Shown one piece after another: positions 7,040-15,385 of a stretch of 37,375 bases of DNA. Position 1 is the stretch's first letter; the number at the start of each line of letters is the position of its first letter. Location: NCBI GenBank assembly GCA_963639885.1, contig CAVHXL010000001.1:1-37375 (forward strand), given 5' to 3'. The notes beneath the pieces were generated by a model. That model was not told the origin of the DNA and did no database searches. It was given only the letters and a program-made list of their open reading frames with translations. The translations under genes were made by a program, and so were the position numbers. This DNA is from a bacterium. Its GTDB lineage: Bacteria; Actinomycetota; Coriobacteriia; Coriobacteriales; Eggerthellaceae.

Positions 7040-9973
7040 TTAGAACCCGTTTTCTTCACCACGACCTGCGCTCTTGCGGCGCAAACCCGCCATCACGCAA
7101 GCGGCCAGCGCGCAGGCGCACAGACAAGCCATGCTGGCAACCGGTACCACGTCGCCGGTCTTCGCGGCGGCGGCCTGCGTTCTGCTCGCAGCGCCGCTTC
7201 CACCCGTGGCCGCCTTGTCGCCGTCAATCGTCTGGTCAGCGATCTCGCCGCCGATGATATCTATGCCGAACACGGCATAGGTGTTGGAGAACGTCGTGTT
7301 GTCATCCGTCGCCGCGCCCGCCTCATCGGCGGCAAGCCCGTACAGAAGGCGCAGCGCGGACTGCCCCGTGTAACCGTTGTAGCCCTGCTGCTCGGCCGGG
7401 TTCTCGCCACCCCAGGCAACCACGCCCTCGTTCCAGCTCCATGCGAGCACGGGGCTTACCTGCTGCTTGGTCTCGCCAAGCTTCGCCCTCAGGAACCCGG
7501 CAAGGTCGCCATCGCCCTTCCATGCATCCATATCCGCGGAAAGCACCTGGTAGATGGTCTTCCCGCCCAGCTGCTCATAGGTCGTCCCGTCGTCCCACAT
7601 AGCGGGATAGTAATACCGATCGGTACCCAGAAGGCTCTCGTAGGTATGCGTCCCGTTGCTCAGGTACGCCTCCTCGGTCGTCGACGCGTCGCCGTTGGAA
7701 TCGAGCGCGTCGTTCACGCGGACCTTAAGCGTCATGCCCGCGCCGAACCTCACGCCCGCGGCCGCGAGCACGTCGGTCAGCAGCACGCCCTCGCTGCAAA
7801 ACGAGCGCAAGCCCGCCATGCCGCAGTTCGACGCCGTGCTGTAACGCTGCTGCACCGGTAGCGCCTTGAGCTGATCCATCGAAAGCGTCGTGGTCTGCTT
7901 CACCGTCGTGCCATCCGCATCCAGAATGCGGACGACCAGCTCGTCGGTGCCCAGATTGCGGTATGCAACCGTGCCGCTCACCGTGGAAAACGAGCTTGAT
8001 TCGACAACGACGCTCTTGGTCGACTTCTCCTGCTTGGTGTCGAACAGCGCGATGGGCAGCCGCAGCGATGCCGTCTTGGTGTTCGCCGTAATCTCGTAGT
8101 AGTTCAGCTTGCCAGCATCGTCGGTGGGGTTGGTCAGCTGGCTTTTCCACTCATCGAACGCCTTGCCCTCAAGGCGCACGCCACCGACGGTGACCGACGT
8201 GATGCTGTCGATCCAGGCCGAGATCATGTCCTTCGCGCTCGCATCGGGATGCTCTGCGCGATACGCGGCAAGCGAGTCGTCGCTCGGCGTCAGCGTGAAC
8301 TGGGTCATGCCGGCCGGATAGCGGCCCATCGACGTCGTGGTGGTGGACGGCTCATCGGGGAACTGCATGACGAACTCACCCGTGCCGCTCGGCTGCGGCA
8401 TCTTAACGCCCGTCACATCCTCACCCAGCTTCAAGCCCGTTTCATGGAAGAACGAATCGGTGTAGTTGTCGGCCGACAAAACCTCGCCCGCAACGGCGGT
8501 CTGCGCCGTGAGGGTAAAGGTGCCATCGCCGTTATCGGTAAGCGAATAGCCGGCTGCATCAAGCTCGGAGGATCCGCCATCGACGATGAACTGCGCGGAG
8601 GTGGCCGGCGTGAACTCGTACCACTTATGGTGATGAGCCACGGTGGACTGCGTGGCCTCGCCGGTATTGGCAAGGATGGCGCGCCCCGTGCCGGCGGTCG
8701 CGGAAGTTGCGGAGTCGGCGGCGGCCGAAACGGAGGCGCCGGCGGCCTTGCTGGTCAGCCACACGATATGGTTCATCGAGCGCACATCGGCGACGTGCGT
8801 GACCTCGAAGGTGGTGGAGGCCGGCGTGGTGTCCGTGCCCGCGACCACGTTAACCGGCTGGAAGGCGAGGCCCGTGTCGGCAAGCGTCTTGAACGCCTCG
8901 AGCTTGGCCGGCTTGCCGCCGACCGTGATGCCCGCAAGCTCACCGCCATCCGAGGCGATGCGCCCGGCGAACATCGCGTAGGAGAACGCCATGTCGACGA
9001 CGAGGTTGTTCCCCTCGGCCGACGCCGCGTACGTGACCTCGCGCAACGTCGTCTTCAGGTTCAGGCTCGCGATCAGCGCCTGCTCGTCGGAGATGGAAAC
9101 CTCATCGCTGAAGGCGATGGTCAGCTTGACGTGCATCCCGCTGTTCGTGCCGTCCACGTCGTTGATGGGCGTGCCGTTCGGCGGGGTGCCGTACTGCGCC
9201 TCGCGCCACGACGTCGCCGTCACATCGGATTGGCAAACCGCATCATCACGCGCAGGATCGTCATCGGCGACAACGTTCACGGTGAAGGTGGTCTCGGCCG
9301 GATTCCACCATTCCAGAAGATCGGTCGCGTAACCCGTCGTGTCCGTCTCAGCGGAAACCGTCACCGTCGTCGTGCCGAGGGCCTGCGCCGTTAAGGTGAT
9401 GGTCCCGTTTTTCGTGACGGGGCGCGAGGTGTCCTTCAGGTTGCCGTTGTCGCCGTTGATCCACTCCCCCGCAACGACGCCGGATGCGGAAACGATGCCC
9501 TCATCGCCCACGGTCGTCGTCACATTCGCCGTGCGGGCAACGGGGTCCTTCTCGCACGAGCAGCCCATTCCGGGAACGAAGCAAACCTGACCGTATTCCT
9601 CACATTTGTCAGGGCACTTCCCCGTCATGCCGCAACCCTTGTACTGCAGATGGACGTAGGGCTCGATGGACACGCAGGCCGTCTCGCCCACCTTCAACGT
9701 GATCACGCCCGATGCCGTCGCATCGTCGGAAGCGATGGCAACGCTGCCGTGACCGAGATCGTCGCCCGCAGACCCTTCGGCATAGGCCGAGGAAAAGCTC
9801 AGGTTCGACGGGATCATCAGCCCAACGCACAGCACAACGGCGACAAGCGCGCGAAAAGCCGGCTGAACACGCGCGGTGCGCACCGTCCGCGGGCGGTGCG
9901 CGGACGCGCGATTTGCCTGAAGGCCGCAAACCGATGCCATCGAATGTTCGCTCAGCGAAGCAGCATGCTTCAT
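7040..9973 (-). CDS. Sortase-anchored multidomain surface protein (Cys-rich Ig-like, His-rich, DUF1533/HID-like and molybdopterin-oxidoreductase-like domains)
   Basis: Likely ATG 9973 with RBS AAAGGGGAG. Signal peptide ends SAYA; motifs GCGMTGKCPDKC, AHHHKW, WIDSITSVTVGG and GVLLTDVLAAAGV; C-terminal AKTGD + hydrophobic stretch + RRK. Confidence 0.82.
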   Translation of the reverse strand: MKHAASLSEHSMASVCGLQANRASAHRPRTVRTARVQPAFRALVAVVLCVGLMIPSNLSFSSAYAEGSAGDDLGHGSVAIASDDATASGVITLKVGETACVSIEPYVHLQYKGCGMTGKCPDKCEEYGQVCFVPGMGCSCEKDPVARTANVTTTVGDEGIVSASGVVAGEWINGDNGNLKDTSRPVTKNGTITLTAQALGTTTVTVSAETDTTGYATDLLEWWNPAETTFTVNVVADDDPARDDAVCQSDVTATSWREAQYGTPPNGTPINDVDGTNSGMHVKLTIAFSDEVSISDEQALIASLNLKTTLREVTYAASAEGNNLVVDMAFSYAMFAGRIASDGGELAGITVGGKPAKLEAFKTLADTGLAFQPVNVVAGTDTTPASTTFEVTHVADVRSMNHIVWLTSKAAGASVSAAADSATSATAGTGRAILANTGEATQSTVAHHHKWYEFTPATSAQFIVDGGSSELDAAGYSLTDNGDGTFTLTAQTAVAGEVLSADNYTDSFFHETGLKLGEDVTGVKMPQPSGTGEFVMQFPDEPSTTTTSMGRYPAGMTQFTLTPSDDSLAAYRAEHPDASAKDMISAWIDSITSVTVGGVRLEGKAFDEWKSQLTNPTDDAGKLNYYEITANTKTASLRLPIALFDTKQEKSTKSVVVESSSFSTVSGTVAYRNLGTDELVVRILDADGTTVKQTTTLSMDQLKALPVQQRYSTASNCGMAGLRSFCSEGVLLTDVLAAAGVRFGAGMTLKVRVNDALDSNGDASTTEEAYLSNGTHTYESLLGTDRYYYPAMWDDGTTYEQLGGKTIYQVLSADMDAWKGDGDLAGFLRAKLGETKQQVSPVLAWSWNEGVVAWGGENPAEQQGYNGYTGQSALRLLYGLAADEAGAATDDNTTFSNTYAVFGIDIIGGEIADQTIDGDKAATGGSGAASRTQAAAAKTGDVVPVASMACLCACALAACVMAGLRRKSAGRGEENGF

Positions 9974-10048
9974 CGTCTCCCCTTTCCCCTTGCCTTTTGG
10001 GCGCATGAGGCGGTCAGGCGCGCGAGCGCGGCTCCGACCGCTAGATAG

Positions 10049-10094
10049 CTACCTTAGGATAATAGTCGAAACAGGATAAATGAAGCACTGTCCT
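10049..10094 (-). promoter_or_regulatory. Putative promoter/operator of the left operon
   Basis: AT-rich island; -10-like TATTAT at 10059-10064; AGGATAA direct repeat at 10056 and 10073 (plus strand); resembles 33564-33610. No clear -35. Confidence 0.55.
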
Positions 10095-10260
10095 TTCGGT
10101 ACAGTCTTGAAAAGACCAGTTGGGAAAAGCATCGATCGGATATCGAGCCCAGCGGCGCGCGTGTGCGTCGTGGGCATACGCGCTGAGCTAGCGCAGGGAA
10201 TCCATCACCGGAATGGGAAGCCCGCCGGAACAGGCGGGGCCTATCCGGGCCTCGGGCCTC

Positions 10261-10336
10261 GCGCCGCGCACCCGCCAAGCCGCCAAGCCGCGCGCCGGAC
10301 AATCCGCCGGGCGCCAAGCCGCGCGCCGCGCACCCG
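10261..10336. repeat. Short intergenic GC-rich direct repeats
   Basis: gcgccgcgcacccg at 10261 and 10323; cgccaagccgcgcgccg at 10281 and 10312. Confidence 0.65.
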
Positions 10337-10349
10337 TCAGGGCGCCGGG

Positions 10350-11555
10350 CTATTCGGCCTTGCGGCCCGGGATCAGTTGAGCGGGAGCCACGACGGCGCT
10401 GCCGATGCGGTAGCGCCACGACCCGTACACCTCGGCAAGCTCGGCATCGCGCGCGGCAATCGCCTCCCGCATCCTCGCCTCCTCCTCGTGAAGACGGGCG
10501 ATCTCCTCCCGCAGCTGCCCTTCGACATCGCGCAAGCCCTCGATCTCGCGATGCAGATTCGCCGCATCATCGCGCGCCCAGTCAAGCTGATCGCCCAGCG
10601 CGACCGCATCGCAAAGCAGACGGGCGCGCGGACGCGCATGCAGCTCGAGAATGCGCCGCTCACGCCTGCCGATGCACGTCACGCCCTTGGGCATCTCGTC
10701 GATGAGCGCCCCGACGCTGGCAAGGTACCCTTCAGCGGCTTTGTCGTCCGGCAAATCGTTGATGCACTGGTACGAGTAAAGGAGAATCCAGTTGTAGTAG
10801 CTTTCAAGCAGCTGGTCGGCATGAGGCAGCATCGCTATCTCACCATGGATCGCACGCATGGCCTCGACCGCGTTACCCCAGCTTTTGCTGCGCGTTTTCT
10901 CAAGAGAATTCGGGTTGTTCGTCCGATGATGGAACAGCACGTCCTCCACGCACACGAGCGAGGACGCCTCGGCCATGGCGCAGAAAACGAAGAAGGCGTC
11001 GTTGGTGGTGCGCAGCCCCTGGAAGCGCAAGCCCCGTTCGGCGATGAAGCCCGCATCGAACAGCTTGTCCCATGCCCAGCCGACGAAGCTCTGAAACAGG
11101 CGGCTGGCGTAGGCGGCTGGCTCGAGCACCTGGTTGAAGGGGGTGTTCTCGACGGCCCAATGCATCAGCTGCGTTTCCTGCGAAACGTTGTCGAAGGACT
11201 CGGAGCGCCCCACGACGATGTCGCAGCGATATTTCAGCGCAGCCCCGACCATGATCTCGAGCGCGTTCGGCTCGATCCAGTCGTCGGCGTCGAGGAAGTA
11301 CAGGTACGAACCGCTTGCCGCGTCCATGCCCGCGTTGCGGGCGGTGCCGGCATAGCTGTTCTCCTGCTGGATGAGCGAAACGCGCGCGTCCTTCTCGGCG
11401 TAGGCGCGAACGATATCGGGGGTACGATCGGTCGATCCGTCGTCGACGACGATGACCTCGATGTCATCGAGCGTCTGCGCCACGACGCTGCCAAGCGTCT
11501 CGCCGATGAACGACGAGGCGTTGTATGCAGCTATGATGACCGAAACGATTGGCAT
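10350..11555 (-). CDS. Family 2 glycosyltransferase with C-terminal coiled coil
   Basis: Likely ATG 11555 (MPIVSVIIAAYN); motifs VVDDGSTD, ARNAG, YFLDADD, AWDKLF; heptad-like C-terminal region. Confidence 0.92.
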   Translation of the reverse strand: MPIVSVIIAAYNASSFIGETLGSVVAQTLDDIEVIVVDDGSTDRTPDIVRAYAEKDARVSLIQQENSYAGTARNAGMDAASGSYLYFLDADDWIEPNALEIMVGAALKYRCDIVVGRSESFDNVSQETQLMHWAVENTPFNQVLEPAAYASRLFQSFVGWAWDKLFDAGFIAERGLRFQGLRTTNDAFFVFCAMAEASSLVCVEDVLFHHRTNNPNSLEKTRSKSWGNAVEAMRAIHGEIAMLPHADQLLESYYNWILLYSYQCINDLPDDKAAEGYLASVGALIDEMPKGVTCIGRRERRILELHARPRARLLCDAVALGDQLDWARDDAANLHREIEGLRDVEGQLREEIARLHEEEARMREAIAARDAELAEVYGSWRYRIGSAVVAPAQLIPGRKAE

Positions 11556-11716
11556 CTTCCACCATTCCAACAATCCGACAGGCGGCCGGGCGGCAACGCT
11601 CGCGCCGCGGCCGGCAAACACTTCCCACCAGCCAACGAGAACGGCCGCATGCACGCTGCGCCGTTCGCTCGGCAATTATCTCATTCTACGATATAAAGCG
11701 ACCGGCGCGACGTGCG

Positions 11717-12613
11717 TTACAAAAAACGCTCCAGGGAATCGTCTTTCACCAAGTCGGCGAAAGACCCGTTAAGCATCCCGGCAACCTTCTCGTCGGCCAG
11801 CAGCGCGGCCAAGATGACGTCGTTGCCCCCCGCCTCGGTGTTCACGTGGCACAACGCCACCTCTTGCGTGTCGGGAACGTATTCGAGCAGCTGATCGGTC
11901 GTAGCGGCGACCACGGGAATGCCCGCCGAGACCTCGATGACCTTCAGCCAGATATCATCGGCGGCAAGGCATAGGCGACGGATGGCGTCGGCATCGAACG
12001 CCTCATCGGGGATAAGCGCAGGGTCGAACAGCGTGCCGGCCCCCGTAGTCGCCAGAAGGCGCATCGAGGGGACGTTCGCCAAGCCGGGATGGAAATACGG
12101 CGCCTCGTAGATCCACTGATCGTAGGGCTTGAGCGTTCCGTCCTCGTTGAACATGATCAGATGCGTTCGCGAGGCGACGATGGCGCGGGGGTGCGCCCTG
12201 TGCGCGGTCATGAGCTCGTCGATCATGGCCTCGCGATAGATGAGGTCGTCGTCGATGGTGACGACGAGCGCATCGCGGAAGTCCCGAAACGCCCAGAAGT
12301 ACTTCTTGTGCGGCATGAGATCCTCGTCAACCCAACGGATCTCGAAGTCGTGCCACAGAAGGCTCGTCAAGGTTTCCGGCAGATCGGCCTCGCGGTTGGG
12401 GAAATCGGATTTCGCCAGATAGAGAACCACCTTGTCCGGCACGCGGCTCTGCCCGAAAATCGAGCGCAGGGTATGGTGGATGGTGCCGATGCGCGGCGGA
12501 TACGAGGTGAGCGACACGACGACGGGGCGCTCGCCCGACCTTTTGCGCTGCGCATGCGCGATGGCGCGCCGCAGCTTGTTCTTCTTGTCGGCAAGCCAGC
12601 TGACCTCGGCCAC
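11717..12613 (-). CDS. GT-A-fold glycosyltransferase-like protein (polysaccharide-locus type)
   Basis: Likely GTG 12613, 8 nt after AAGGAGG; motifs VSLTSYPPRI, PHKKYF, VTIDDD, GAGTLF, DDIWL. Confidence 0.82.
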   Translation of the reverse strand: MAEVSWLADKKNKLRRAIAHAQRKRSGERPVVVSLTSYPPRIGTIHHTLRSIFGQSRVPDKVVLYLAKSDFPNREADLPETLTSLLWHDFEIRWVDEDLMPHKKYFWAFRDFRDALVVTIDDDLIYREAMIDELMTAHRAHPRAIVASRTHLIMFNEDGTLKPYDQWIYEAPYFHPGLANVPSMRLLATTGAGTLFDPALIPDEAFDADAIRRLCLAADDIWLKVIEVSAGIPVVAATTDQLLEYVPDTQEVALCHVNTEAGGNDVILAALLADEKVAGMLNGSFADLVKDDSLERFL

Positions 12614-12683
12614 TTGCACTCCCTCCTTGGCGAAACGCGATCGATTGACGAAACGCGGCGAATGAAAACGCGATAACGAGATG

Positions 12684-12692
12684 ATTGTAGCA
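12684..12692 (-). promoter_or_regulatory. Putative extended -10 promoter for the glycosyltransferase gene
   Basis: TGcTACAAT on the minus strand, about 70 nt upstream of the GTG at 12613. Confidence 0.5.
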
Positions 12693-12711
12693 GCGCATCC
12701 GCGCCGCGGCG

Positions 12712-13518
12712 CTATTCCCCCTGCATCAACGGGACGCACACGCGCTCGATGCGCCCGTCGGGCAACGTCGCTGGAGCAACGCAGGCGTCCATGTGGTAGA
12801 TCAGGCGCATGATCTCGGTCGTGATGCACTCGTCGGGGGAACCATCGCGCAGCACCAGACCATCATGCATCACGACCACCCGATCGGCGCAGAACAGCGC
12901 GTGGTCGGGGTCGTGCGTGACCATGACCACCGACTTCCCCAGCTTCGAGAGCATGCGCATCCTCGAGAGCACCAGATGCTGGTTGCCGTAATCAAGCGAT
13001 GCCGTCGGCTCATCCATCACCAGCACGTCGGCCTGCTGCGTGAGCGCGCGGGCGATGAGCACGAGCTGCTGCTGGCCGCCCGACAGCGTGGTGTAGGGAC
13101 GATCGGCCAAATCAGCGATATCGAGCAGGGCCATTGCCTGATAGGCGATGACGCGGTCGTAATCGCTCGTGAACGACAGCTGGTTTTGATACGGCGTGCG
13201 CCCCATGATAACCACGTCGGCCACGCTGAACGGGAACGGCGGCGTATGCGCCTGCGGTATGTAGGCGAAATGCCGCGCGCGTTGCCTGTCGCTCAGCTTC
13301 GAGATGTCCTGCCCCTCGATAAGCACCGTGCCGCCGAACGCCGGCAAGAGCCCCATCATCGTTTTGAGCGTGGTCGTCTTGCCGCACCCGTTCGCCCCGA
13401 TGATGCACACGAACTCGTCGCGATCGACCGCGAACGACACGCCATGGACGATCTCGTGCTCGTGCTTCTTCCCGTAACCGCAGCGCAAATCGCGCACCTC
13501 GAGCAAATGATCGGCCAT
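12712..13518 (-). CDS. ABC ATP-binding protein, iron-chelate/cobalamin/molybdate type II importer family
   Basis: Likely ATG 13518 (MADHLLEV); GANGCGKT, LSGGQQQ, VMDEPTASLDYGNQ, VTHDPDHA. Confidence 0.93.
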   Translation of the reverse strand: MADHLLEVRDLRCGYGKKHEHEIVHGVSFAVDRDEFVCIIGANGCGKTTTLKTMMGLLPAFGGTVLIEGQDISKLSDRQRARHFAYIPQAHTPPFPFSVADVVIMGRTPYQNQLSFTSDYDRVIAYQAMALLDIADLADRPYTTLSGGQQQLVLIARALTQQADVLVMDEPTASLDYGNQHLVLSRMRMLSKLGKSVVMVTHDPDHALFCADRVVVMHDGLVLRDGSPDECITTEIMRLIYHMDACVAPATLPDGRIERVCVPLMQGE

Positions 13519-13520
13519 CG

Positions 13521-14780
13521 CTACCACCCCCTCATGTTCTTCTTGAAAATGAAGGCGAAGAACGGGATGCCGAGAATGGACGTCAGGATGCCGATCGGTA
13601 TCTCCACGGAGAGAACCAAGCGCGAAAGATTGTCCACCAGCAGCAGGAACACGGCCCCTACCAGGAGCGACGTGGGCAGCAACGCCTTGTAGTTCGGCCC
13701 GACGATCGCGCGCGCGAGATGCGGGACCACCAGCCCGATCCAGCCGACGATGCCGGCGACGGCGACCGACACGCTCGTGATGAGCGTCGCGCCGAGGATG
13801 ACCCAAAGCCGCGTCATCTTGGTGTTCACGCCGAGGGCGCGCGCCTCCTCGTCGCCGAAAGAGAGCACGTTGAGCTTACGCGCGTTGACGAGCAGCAATA
13901 TGAAACCGATAAGCATCGGCACCAGAAACGGGCCGATATCCACAGCGTCTGCCTTGGAGAACGAGCCCATGAGCCAGTAGGTGATCTCGGGCAGCTTGTT
14001 GTTGCCGTCGGCAAGCAGCTTGATGGCGGACATGATGCTCTGGAACAGCGTCGAGGTCAGGATGCCGGCAAGCACGAGCCCCAGCATGGCGTCGTATTGA
14101 ACGAAGCGCGTGAGCCACACCGTGCAGCCGACGGCGACCATGCCTCCGACGAACGCCATGATCTGCACGTTGGTGCCGCCCATGTTCAGCAGCAACCCCA
14201 GGCACGCGCCAACCGAAGCGCCCGCCGAGGCGCCCAGCAGGTCGGGCGAGGTCAGCGGGTTCTTGAACATGCCTTGATAGCTTGCGCCCGCCATGGCCAG
14301 CGCACCGCCGACCAGCATGACGATGAACACGCGCGGCAGGCGGATCTTGAACAGCGAGCGGTACATGTTCTCGTCAAGCGCCCCGTAGTCGCCGGTGATG
14401 GAGCCTTGGATGACATACCAGACGGTCGACAGGGCGTCGAGCGGGTTCATCGAGTAACGCCCGAGCGAGAGCGATGCGAGCACGGCGAGAACCAGTACCA
14501 CGACGATGATGGCGAAAGCGCGCGCGGAAAGATGACCGCGGAACGTCACGTTGGCGAGCTCCTTGAGCTCCTCGTCGGAAAGCCCGTCCTCGCCGGCGGA
14601 GGTCTTGCTGACCAGCTCGCGCGCAATCTGATTGGCGTCTTTTGGGGCGGCGGCTGCGGGAGCTGCGGGGGCGGAGGCGGCAGCAGCCCGGGTGGTGGCG
14701 GCTGGGGCCTCGGCGGCCCCGGCGGCTGGAGCCTCGGCCATGTCGACCGGGGCCTTGCGATCCGTTGTTTTCCTTCTCAT
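13521..14780 (-). CDS. FecCD/BtuC-family ABC permease
   Basis: IRLPR, FKNPLTSPDLLG, WLMGSF, EARALG, GWIGLVVPH, EIPIGILT. Ala/Pro-rich N-terminal extension; start uncertain (14786, 14780 or 14741). Confidence 0.93.
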   Translation of the reverse strand: MRRKTTDRKAPVDMAEAPAAGAAEAPAATTRAAAASAPAAPAAAAPKDANQIARELVSKTSAGEDGLSDEELKELANVTFRGHLSARAFAIIVVVLVLAVLASLSLGRYSMNPLDALSTVWYVIQGSITGDYGALDENMYRSLFKIRLPRVFIVMLVGGALAMAGASYQGMFKNPLTSPDLLGASAGASVGACLGLLLNMGGTNVQIMAFVGGMVAVGCTVWLTRFVQYDAMLGLVLAGILTSTLFQSIMSAIKLLADGNNKLPEITYWLMGSFSKADAVDIGPFLVPMLIGFILLLVNARKLNVLSFGDEEARALGVNTKMTRLWVILGATLITSVSVAVAGIVGWIGLVVPHLARAIVGPNYKALLPTSLLVGAVFLLLVDNLSRLVLSVEIPIGILTSILGIPFFAFIFKKNMRGW

Positions 14781-14792
14781 GGGCAACGCGCC

Positions 14793-15380
14793 TTACATGC
14801 CGAAGCGGCCGGCGGTCGAACCCGATGAGCCGGACGATCCGGAACCGGAGGAGCCGGAGGAGCCTGAAGAGGCGTTGTTGCCCAACGTCGCCTTCGATTT
14901 CGAACCGGACGAGGAATCGGAGCTTGAGCTGGAATCGGAGCTCGAGCCGGATCCGGAGTTTGAGCCTGCGCCCTCAGCGGAGCCCGAGCTGCCCGTCGCA
15001 GCGCTTGCCGAGCCCCCCGTCGTCTCAGATGTTCCGCTCGCGGAGCCATCCGATCCCGACGAGGAGGCCTCGGCGTCCTCCTTCTTCACCACGTAATAAG
15101 CACCCGTGTTCGGGTCGATATACACCTTGCCCGCCTCGACATATCCCGATCCGGCCGCCGTCAAGTCTTCCGGCTGCACCGTCGCGTCGATCTTCTCCAT
15201 GTCCTGCTCGTCGTACTTCTCGACGTTCGTGTCGATGTTCCAATGCGTCATCATGGCCACCATGAACCCGCATGCGAGGACGAGCATGCAGTCGGCGAGG
15301 TTGACGATGTAGGCTGAAGGATTGACATCCTCGCCCATCTCCTCGCGGTGCCGCCGCAGCTTTCCCTGACCTATCCGCAT
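14793..15380 (-). CDS. DUF2149-family single-TM protein (ExbD/TolR-like partner) with Ser/Gly-rich tail
   Basis: EDVNP..IVNLADCMLVLACG TM containing Asp; G..AGKVYIDPNTGAYYVV motif; 5 nt downstream of the MotA/TolQ/ExbB gene; RBS AGGAG. Confidence 0.85.
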   Translation of the reverse strand: MRIGQGKLRRHREEMGEDVNPSAYIVNLADCMLVLACGFMVAMMTHWNIDTNVEKYDEQDMEKIDATVQPEDLTAAGSGYVEAGKVYIDPNTGAYYVVKKEDAEASSSGSDGSASGTSETTGGSASAATGSSGSAEGAGSNSGSGSSSDSSSSSDSSSGSKSKATLGNNASSGSSGSSGSGSSGSSGSTAGRFGM

Positions 15381-15385
15381 GGCTC

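Noticed and set aside
9974..10058. Moco riboswitch, suggested by CCUAAG and GGAAAGG
   Set aside because: Lacks the UAUGG half of the tetraloop receptor and the GNRA-capped stem; the leader is too short and simple. A cmscan run would settle it.
10054..10072. DtxR/IdeR iron box
   Set aside because: Only a TTAGG half-site; the palindromic second half is absent.
11683..11722. Promoter for the GT2 gene (TAGAAT with upstream TTGTAA)
   Set aside because: Plausible -10, but the spacing to any -35 is wrong; too weak to list as a feature.
13519..13806. ORF-track N-terminal extensions (also 12614..12829, 11556..11675, 9974..10006)
   Set aside because: They overlap upstream genes or promoter/leader regions; downstream starts have better RBSs and match the family N-termini.
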